This document shows positions 1-7,889 of a stretch of 7,950 nt of DNA, in pieces. The first letter of the stretch is position 1. Every line of letters starts with the position of its first letter. Both the position numbers and the translations under genes were made by a program. The notes beneath the pieces were generated by a model, which saw only the letters and a program-made list of their open reading frames with translations, did no database searches and was not told where the DNA came from. Source of the stretch: Takakia lepidozioides. Its lineage: Eukaryota > Plantae > Bryophyta. The DNA is taken from contig JAKLZA010000313.1 in the NCBI GenBank assembly GCA_030704615.1, positions 1-7,950 on the forward strand. The letters are read 5' to 3'.

Positions 1-279
1 CAAGAGGATTGCTTGTTTCTTACTAGTCAAGCCTCTTTAGCTTAGTGATTAGTTAAAATCGCATGGATGTGGTGGGGCACTGCCTCGGGAACTCCTCATA
101 CAAAATCATTTGTGCATGGCAGATTCTGGTGTCCATTAAGTGGGTCTACACTGCGTGTTAGAGGACTGTAGGGGACTTAGACACTTATACGGGATCTGTA
201 GGGTACCCTTAATTTTTGCACAGACTGAGACAAACAGGAACCTTAGGGGTGACAGCAGCGCACTGTAGAGGGGGGTTAC

Positions 280-526
280 ATAGCCCACACAGCCGACACA
301 GCAGTCACAGCCCACACAGCCAACACAGCCGTCACAGTCGTCACAGCCCACACAGTCGTCACAGCCCACACAACCCACACAGCCGTCACAGCCCACACAG
401 CCCGTCACAGTCGTCACAGCCCACACAGCCCACACAGCCCACACAGCCAGTCACAGCCCCGGCACAGCCACACAGCCAGTCACAGCCCGACACAGCCAAA
501 CACAGCCAGTCACCGCTTGACACAGC
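280..526. repeat. Degenerate short tandem repeat of 7-9 nt units built on CACAGC(C) / GTCACAGC / CACAGTCGT
   Basis: Directly visible, e.g. cacagcccacacagcccacacagccc and gtcacagtcgtcacagcccacacag. It generates the low-complexity ORFs 136..444(-) and 216..554(+). Confidence 0.95.
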
Positions 527-1145
527 TGTCACGATAATAGGGAACGAAGAGTAGGACAGGGAACGACTGTGGGAACAACACCTGTGAAGGGAACATGTTA
601 GTTCACATACGACGGTTAGAGAGGGAAACGGTTAGAACCGCGGATAGGAGGATAAAGGAAAAACGGGGAATGAAGAAGGGGATCATTATTCGGGGAGGAC
701 TTCGGAGTCAGGCGGGAGCGGAGATCGGAGAGCACGATGAAGGAGAAAAGAGGATTAGTAGATGCTTGTTATATGCAAAGCTATAGTGATATAGGAAAGA
801 AGAATAGAGACATAATGGCTTCGGCCTGATACCTGATAAATCATAATCTGATACTTATACGATACAATCACACTGTGTAGAAGATCTGAGTGAAGCTGTG
901 GATTGAATGGAGGAGTTAAGGAAACCGATAAATTGATGAAGCAAACTGATACTTAATTATCAATGGTAAGGTAGCTAAGATGAATGCGGAAAAGGAAACA
1001 AATAGGAAACACCCCCATGATACACTAGCTGTAGGTCATGACTGATTGTTCTGCGCGGGCTGAGTACTTAGAGATTTCCAACTCTTCTATCTTGGAGTTT
1101 CCGCCTCGGATAGCGAAGGGATGGGTGAGTAAAAGCCGCGCGACA
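527..1145 (+). repeat. Candidate 5' LTR (~619 bp)
   Basis: Begins TGTCACG (527-533) exactly where the tandem repeat stops. Ends CGCGACA (1139-1145), a 6/7 inverted-repeat match with TG...CA termini. It is followed after 2 nt (TT) by a PBS-like sequence. No second copy is present in the window to confirm it. Confidence 0.7.
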
Positions 1146-1733
1146 TTTGGCGACCATACTGGGGACCTGGGACATGAACAACCAGATGTGACAGGCATCT
1201 GGTGGGATCATGGTGGTTGGACCATTAGAGAATTTGAAGTGAATCAAATTCCCTGTGGAACGAAGGAAGAAAGATTGTCCAAACAATTCTTTCAAAGGTT
1301 CTTGGAATTGCCAGACGGTTGTAAAGAAAATATTCTTAAACGAGTGCATGATGCTGATCCAGAATGGGGTCTGGAGAAAGGAGTGATAAAGATTTATCAG
1401 GTAGCCTGTAGAGGAAGAGCACGTTGGTTACCAACATTAGTTTATGTGATAGCGTTGCTATCCATTAAACGAGTAGAGTTTGAAGGCTGGGAAGAAAGAA
1501 AGGTGAATGTTTATACTCATATGCATGAAGAGCTTGTACTGGTAAAGAATTGGATTCCAAAGGATATTTTGTGGATCAAACTCACACCAAGAACAGCTTT
1601 TCAGACTTGTTTGCCATATGGTTATATGGTAACGGAGACTTCAAGTATAGCCAAGGGTGCATTGAAGCTTGAAAGAAATCCAGGCATATACGAGAGATAT
1701 TACAGAAGAGAGTTTTGGTTATTGCCACATTAA
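1038..1733 (+). CDS. Unknown globular-looking domain upstream of Gag (extra ORF or N-terminal extension)
   Basis: 231-codon open frame, complex and aromatic-rich (WWDHGGW, NWIPKDILW). The -1 frame opens at 1673 and runs into the 1715..2446 ORF, so a fusion is plausible. Confidence 0.6.
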   Translation: MTDCSARAEYLEISNSSILEFPPRIAKGWVSKSRATFGDHTGDLGHEQPDVTGIWWDHGGWTIREFEVNQIPCGTKEERLSKQFFQRFLELPDGCKENILKRVHDADPEWGLEKGVIKIYQVACRGRARWLPTLVYVIALLSIKRVEFEGWEERKVNVYTHMHEELVLVKNWIPKDILWIKLTPRTAFQTCLPYGYMVTETSSIAKGALKLERNPGIYERYYRREFWLLPH

Positions 1734-4700
1734 AAGAAATGAAAGACATGGACATGAGTGATGAAAGAGAAGCTAGACGACAAAGATATTCATCAAAAAG
1801 AGAAAGCTATCTGAAAGCTAATTATCCATATCTTTGGGAGAGAGGAATAGACATAGGGGAATCATCTGGACCTCTCACACCATCAAGATCAAAAAGTGCA
1901 TCACCTATACCGGAAGAACTAGAGTTGGATGCCACTCCTTCTGTTTCTTTGCAAGAAAGATTAAGGGAATTGGTACAGGAAGAAGATCAATCACGAGGTG
2001 AAAGATCTGAGGTACATCCTTGGATAAAAGACTTGACAGAAATCTTTGATAAGAGTTGGCATGGAACACCAAAAGCAGGAACTCCAGTTTCTGAAGCAGA
2101 AGATGAAGAAGGAGATGAGGATGTGGCAGAGCCAACGGAGAGTTCAGACTCTCCAACACCATTACAGTTGAGTTACATGAGTGAAGAAGAAACCCAAGGG
2201 CAGAACTTGGAGGATGAAAACAGAGAGAAGAAATTAGAAGAGGAAGAATATGAAGAAGTAGACCCAACAGCTGAGGTTGAGACTACAACCAGGACATCCC
2301 AACCCGTTGGACCTGGATCAAGTGGAGCACTTGGATCACAGGCCAACGAAGGTGTCGGCTCAGGGGGATCAGGCGGGCTGCCTGGATCTGGCTCTGGGGG
2401 ACAGGGAGTGTGGGAAGTAGTGCAACTGAAGCTGGGAATACTGTGAATATCGTGGGGCCAGAAGCAGGGAGTGCTCAAGGCCACCACTTGGTGGAAGATC
2501 CACCACAAAAACAACAGGTCCAGAAGGACCAGCACCAGCAAGGGTGCCAGCACCTGTCAGTGGGCAGAAGGTAGGGCCACAGATGGCGTTACAACCAACA
2601 CGGGCAAAACCACCCTTTCCAATATATTCAGGAAAAGGGGATCCCGATGTACACATTAGCCAATTTGAGCACATGTGTATAGTGAACAATGAGAATGGCG
2701 ATGATGCCAAGATGAGACTGTTTCCTTGTTCACTTATCAAGAAAGCAAGTGAATGGTATGCAAGATTCCCTGATAATCATTTCCTAACCTGGAATGGCTT
2801 GAATACAGCATTTCGAAATAGGTTCAGGACAAGTAAAACTGAGGATGAAGTGTATGGAAGTTTACAACAGCTGAAGCAGAAGAAGCATGAAACTGTTGAA
2901 GAGTATATGGAGAAGATGGAATTGATGATGAAAAAGCTGGCTGCAGTACCAGCACCCGGTTTACAGAAGACTTGGTTTGTGAGTGGACTAAGACCAGAGT
3001 TGCAGAAGAAAGTGGATATGTTACCCCATAATACAGTGGAGGAGGCATTTGAAACTGCAAACAGAATTGAGCAATTGGGAATGCTCAGGAGAGAGAAAAA
3101 GGAAGATGAGGACTCTGAAGATGAGTCAGATGAAGAAGAAGAGCAAGAACTAAAAAGAAAGAGTAAGAGAAAGGAAAGTTGAAGAGGGATAACTATGAGA
3201 AAAGATTGGAAGAAATCTTGAAGAAGTATGCCACAGAGGCTGCAACACATTGGAGGAAGGGTGTATGGTGTGCAAAGTGCCAGAATGAAGGCCATACCAC
3301 CACAGAATGCCACATGAAGGAGAAACACTGTACTATCTGTAAAATGGATAACCATTCTACTGAGAATTGTTACTACAACAGAAGGACAGCTGCAAGAGAA
3401 CCTAGGCAAGTAAGGGTGCATCAGGTGCAGCCCCAGCCAAGAAGAAACAATGATCAGGACCACTATGGTAGGTCTGGTGGTTATAACAATGGCATGGAAG
3501 GGAGAGGTAATTCAAGAGGGAATTACCAAGGAAATTCCAGAGGCAACTATCAGGGTAATCCAAGGGGGAATTACCAGCCCGGGAATCAGGATTATAGAAA
3601 TAATCCAAGAACAGACCAAGGGCGAGACCCAATGGTGAAGAGCTATGTTACTATTGTAATCAGCCAGGACATCGCAAGGCAGCCTGTTCATTCTGGATAA
3701 GACACCAGAATGAGATGAGAGCTCCTGTGAATGAGGGCCCAGTGGTGGCAGCTCACATGGTTAGGCCATGTGTTGTACCAGAAGTAAGTACAATGATAGT
3801 AACAAGAAGTAAAGCCAAACTAATACCTCCAGTAGAAGAGGAAGAAGATGAGACTGGAAGTGGCAATGATATGCCTGAAGATGAAGAGACTTGGAAAGAT
3901 GAGAAGGAACTGCACAAGGAAGTGGCAGATACTATAAGGGAAATGCAAAAGAGTACTGATATTCCTGTGGCAGATTCCTCTGATTCGGATGGAGAAAAAG
4001 AGGGGAGTGAGGAAGAAAGGAAAAAAGAAGATGCAGACATGCAAAGTAATGAAGAGACTTTGGCTGAAGTAATATGTCAGACCAAAGCAGAAATTACCAT
4101 TGGACAGCTATTAGCTGTGGCACCTTATGTAGGCACAGGCTGTATCAGGCAATCAATCGAATTGCCAAGAGACAGGAAACACAGACCTGAACAGCAAGGT
4201 GACCAGTTATAATGTGAAGCCGGAAGGGCGAGAACCAGTCATGGACTTTGATGATTCTATGCCAGTAATCCAATTGAGAATTGGAAGCACAGAACTAACT
4301 GATGTACTGATAGATGGTGGTTCTGGAGTAAATATCATGACAGACCAATTAAGGAAGAAGCTTGGTCTAAGTAACATGAAACCAGCCCCATTTACAGTAA
4401 CAATGGCAGATCAAAGAAGTGTACAGCCATTGGGATTAATAAGAGGAGTTAAGATACAGATACAGAAATGATCTTTATGATCACAGTAACTGTATTAAAA
4501 ATGGATGAAGTCATGGAGGCTTACTCCTTATTATTGGGACGTCCGTGGCTGAAACAGGCCAGGGTATTCCATGACTGGAATTCTCAGTTACTAACTGTGC
4601 ATAATGGGATACACGAGATACAAATTACCACAAAGAAATCTAGTAGATTACCTGCTACAAGAAGACCTCGAGGAGTCAGAGAGTATGACTGGAGGGGAGG

Positions 4701-7700
4701 ACTGGATGAGGAGCAGGAAGCTACCCTATTTGCTGCACACCCAGAGTGGGAGCAGGTTGCAGAGATGCGGCTGGAAAGCCTAAGTTGTTTGAGAGGTATC
4801 TGCTGTGGTGTAGTGACAGCAACACCAACTGAAGAGGAACCAGCATTTACCCATCACATTTCTATGAAGAAAGAGAAGGAGAAATAGAAATCCTAGAAGA
4901 ACCAGCCACTGTGAGCTTACAGGATGAAGTGGTGACTGGTTGGACAATCACAGCTGATGAGCAGGTGAGAGAAGTAAATGTGGGAACTCAGGAGGAACCG
5001 AGGATGGTGAAAGTAGGAGCTGATTTGGAGCCGGAATTCTTCGAAGAAGCTAAAAGCTTGTTCATCAAATACAGAGATGTATTTGCTTGGAGCTATGAGG
5101 ATCTAAAAGGGATACCACCTGAAGTCTGTCAGCATAAGATTGAACTGGAACCAGGGTCAGTACCAATCAAGCAGGCGAGGTATAGAATGAATCCCACTAC
5201 GCACAGAAGGTTGGAGAAGAGATAAAGAAGTTGGCTGAGGCTAAGTTTATATACCCAATAGAGTATACAACTTGGTTGTCACCCATTGTTATAGTTCCCA
5301 AGAAGAATGGCAAACTAAGAGTATGTGTGAACTATAAGAAGCTGAATGCTTGTACGAAGAAAGATCCTTTCCCTTTGCCATTCACAGAAGCAGTATTAGA
5401 CACTGTGGCAGGCCATGAGATGTACTCATTCATGGATGGCTTCAGTGGTTATAATCAAGTGCAAGTGGCAGAAGAAGACCAAGGGAAAACAGCTTTCATC
5501 ACAGACTGGGGGCTTATGCATACAAAGTCATGCCCTTTGGACTTTGTAATGCACCAGCGACCTTTCAGAGAGTGATAAGTGAATCTTTTCATGAGTATCT
5601 GGATGATTTCATGCAGGTGTTTTTGGATGATTTCAGTGTGTACAGCTCTAAGAATGAGCACTTGCATAAATTGGAGTTGCCTGGCCAGATGCAGGATGAG
5701 AGGTCTGGGCTTGAATCCAGAGAAGTGTACTTTCTGTGTGAACTCAGGGGTGCTTCTTCTGGGACACATTGTGTGTAAGAAGGGACTTCTTGTGGATCCC
5801 AGGAAGACAGAGTCCATTAAAGTCTCTCCACCACCAGTGAATGTTAAATTTAAGGAGATTCCTTGGGCAAACCAGTTATTACAGAAGATTTGTCAAAAGG
5901 TATGCACAAATAGCAGCACCATTGAGCAAGCTTCTGAAGAAAGATGCAGTGTTTGCATGGACAGCTGAATGTCAACAGGCGTTTGAGGAACTTACACTGT
6001 CAGTAACAACTACACCTGTGCTGATTAACCCTCACTGGCATGTAGTATTTCATGTTCACTGCGATGCATCAGGAGAAGCGTTGGAGCGGTGTTAGCCCAG
6101 AATGTTACAGGGAATATAGATTCACCTGTGTACTATGCTAGCCGGTTGATGAACAGTGCTGAGAGGAACTATAGCACAACGGAAAGAGAAGCATTGGCAA
6201 TGATCTATGCAGTGAAGAAATTCAGGCATTACCTATTGGGAAGAAAGTTTATGTTTTATGTGGATCACCAGGCTCTGATATATCTGGTGAACAAACCTTT
6301 GATAAGTGGAAGATAGCGAGGTGGTTAATAATCTTGCATGAGTTTGAGTTCGAGGTTATTTACAAGCCTGGCCGTTTGCATCTTGTGGCAGATCATTTGT
6401 CACGACTAACAACAGGAGAGGCCGCCACAGGAGTGGACGATCAGTTACCTGATGCGAGTTTATTTGTAATGGAGGTGCAAGGAAGTGCAGATGAATGGTT
6501 AGATTGGCAGTGGCCAATCAGATACTACCTTGCTCATGGTCAGTGCCCACCTAGTTATGGTAAGGAGCAGAGGAAGAGAATTGCTATCAAAGCTTTACCT
6601 TATACTATGGTAGGAAGCAGAATGTATAAGTTAGGACCTGATGGAGTACTAAAACGATGCTTGTACCACCATGAAGTAAATAAAGTCTTGGAGGAAGTTC
6701 ATAAAGGAGTGGCTGGAGGTCATTTTGGAGAAGAGACTACCAGTAGAAGATACTACTCGCAGGATACTGGTGGCCTACTTTGTTCAAAGATGTACATGAG
6801 TATTGTCAGAAGTGTGATGAATGTCAGAGGCTAGGACCTTTGCAGAGATCTGGAAGAATGGCCTTGCATCCTACAATGCCTACGGAACCATTTCAGAAAT
6901 GGGGACTAGACTTTGTTGGACCAATTAATCCACCATCCAAGAAAACACAAGAAACAGGTACATAATTACAGCCACTGATTATACTACAAAGTGGGTGGAA
7001 GCTAAAGCTTTGAGGGACAACACAGCCAAGTCCACAGCAAGGTTCCTGTACGAGAACATACTTACACGATTTGGATGTCCCTTAGAATTTATCAGTGATC
7101 AAGGAAGTCACTTCATGAATGAGACCATTGAGTTATTGACTAAAGAGTTTATGATTGTGCATAGAAAGAGTACAACATATTACCCACAGGGTAATGGGCA
7201 GGCAGAGGCTACCAACAAAATACTATGTACTATCTTGGCTAAGATAGTCAATGCAAACAGAACGGATTGGGATACAAAGCTGCTGACAGCTTTATGGTCA
7301 TACAGGACTTCATATATAGTCACCACTAAGTATACACCATTCCAATTAGTTTATGGTATGGAAGCCTTACTTCCAGTGGAATTCCTGTTACCTACCATGA
7401 GAACGGAGTGGGAAAAAGAATGGAATTGCAAGACTCCATCAAGGTCAGGAACATGAATTATACCATGTGGAAGAAGTACGTGCTGATGCAGCTGATAATA
7501 TGACCAGAATTCAGATGAAGAGAAAGGAACAGTTTGATGAAGGCAAGTTAAAGACTTTTAAGACGGGGGATTTGGTTCTATGGTTGCAGAAGAAAGGAAA
7601 GATTCAAGCTTCTAAGCTTAAATCACCATGGAAAGGACCTTATGTCATACAAAAGATGTATGATAACAACACCGCCATGTTACAAACCATTAACAAAGAA

Positions 7701-7889
7701 ATGCTGGGAAGAGTCAATGCAAATAAGTTGAAGGGGTACAGTGGTATCCATGACAAACCCCTGCAGCATGATTTGCATGTTGAACCGCAAGAGCAGTCAC
7801 GGGCTGCACCCAGTGTTACGAACGGAGTATGGAACACTTTGTCGCTAGGCCCAGTATATAGGAGACCGGTGTGGGCAAAACAAACGTGA
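1038..7889 (+). CDS. gag-pol: Reconstructed single Gag-Pol polyprotein (~2,290 codons) interrupted by ~19 small frameshifts; true start uncertain (1038, 1174 or later)
   Basis: Consecutive + strand ORFs join by -1 (occasionally -2) shifts. In pol these shifts restore consensus motifs, e.g. TDWG-AYAYKVMPFGL, SGR-IARWL and TSR-KILLAGYWWPTLFKD. Joins upstream of ~4200 are less constrained. No stop codons were found in the bridged path. Confidence 0.7.
1148..1165 (+). promoter_or_regulatory. Primer binding site, probably tRNA-Arg (ACG-type)
   Basis: TGGCGACCATACTGGGGA lies 2 nt after CA. Its layout (TGG-C-7 nt acceptor-CTGGG-GA) fits an 18-nt tRNA 3' complement. It resembles the Arg PBS TGGCGACTCCACTGGGGA of Tat/Ogre-type elements (15/18, sequence recalled, not searched). 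Confidence 0.8.
1673..2615 (+). CDS. Charged, acidic and Gly/Ser/Pro-rich probably disordered linker preceding the Gag core
   Basis: ORF 1715..2446 (EAEDEEGDED, GSGGSGGLPGSGSG) can be continued by -1 shifts at the G-run 2396-2400 and at ~2480 into the Gag frame. Confidence 0.65.
2616..3071 (+). CDS. gag: Gag capsid domain (Retrotrans_gag-like)
   Basis: FPIYSGKGDPDVHISQFE, LFPCSLIKKASEWY, TWNGLNTAFRNRF, MHR-like LKQKKHETVEEYM and WFVSGLRPEL. Confidence 0.92.
3269..3687 (+). CDS. gag: Nucleocapsid region with three CX2CX4HX4C zinc knuckles
   Basis: CAKCQNEGHTTTEC (3269-3310) and CTICKMDNHSTENC (3329-3370). After a -1 shift at ~3630, CYYCNQPGHRKAAC (3646-3687), which is absent from the supplied ORF track. 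Confidence 0.9.
3506..3577 (+). repeat. 3 x 24-nt coding tandem repeat, GN(S/P)RGNYQ
   Basis: ggtaattcaagagggaattaccaa / ggaaattccagaggcaactatcag / ggtaatccaagggggaattaccag. Confidence 0.9.
4262..4600 (+). CDS. pol: Aspartic protease (retropepsin-like)
   Basis: VLIDGGSGVNIM (catalytic Asp at 4313-4315), MADQRSVQPLGLI and YSLLLGRPWL. One -1 shift at ~4467. Confidence 0.92.
4965..6030 (+). CDS. pol: Reverse transcriptase and connection region
   Basis: WLSPIVIVPKKNGKLRVCV, DPFPLP, FMDGFSGYNQ, KTAF, MPFGLCNAPATFQR, FLDD (5620-5631), LNPEKCTF, LLGHIV and LRRFLGQTSYYRRFV. Confidence 0.97.
6045..6408 (+). CDS. pol: RNase H (Ty3/Gypsy type)
   Basis: FHVHCDASG, PVYYASR, AERNYSTTEREALA, FYVDHQAL and HLVADHLSRL; the four acidic catalytic positions are present. 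Confidence 0.95.
6690..7739 (+). CDS. pol: Integrase: HHCC zinc finger, DD35E core, GPY/F C-terminal module
   Basis: H (6700) ... H (6721) ... CDEC (6813-6824). WGLDFVGP (D at 6909), ISDQGSHF (D at 7097) and GQAEATNK (E at 7205; 35 residues between D and E). TPFQLVYG, GDLVL, WKGPY (GPY 7635-7643) and VNANKLKGY. Confidence 0.97.

Noticed and set aside
127-146. Alternative PBS (TGGTGTCCATTAAGTGGG, loosely tRNA-Leu-like)
   Set aside because: It needs gaps to fit a tRNA 3' end and lies 5 nt from the nearest CA; 1148-1165 fits far better.
280-526. CRISPR-like array
   Set aside because: Units are 7-9 nt with no unique spacers, there are no cas genes, and the context is a eukaryotic retroelement.
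136-554. Cys-rich (metallothionein-like) ORF 136..444(-) and His/Ser/Pro-rich ORF 216..554(+)
   Set aside because: Both are translations of the stop-poor CACAGC tandem repeat, whose mixed 7- and 9-nt units do not preserve frame.
595-786. 63 aa ORF
   Set aside because: Short, lies within the purine-rich putative LTR, and has no recognisable motif.
966-1034. Possible small intron (GTAAG...TGTAG) just before ATG 1038
   Set aside because: Splice-like ends are present, but the interior is purine-rich without a U-rich tract; unsupported without RNA data.
4125-4200. Programmed gag-pol ribosomal frameshift
   Set aside because: No slippery heptamer is seen. Two ordinary -1 repairs give a sensible read-through (APYCRHRLYQAINRI...), matching the indel pattern elsewhere.
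7740-7889. Chromodomain or env-like ORF after the integrase
   Set aside because: The ~50 aa tail lacks chromodomain motifs, and there is no further + strand ORF in the window.
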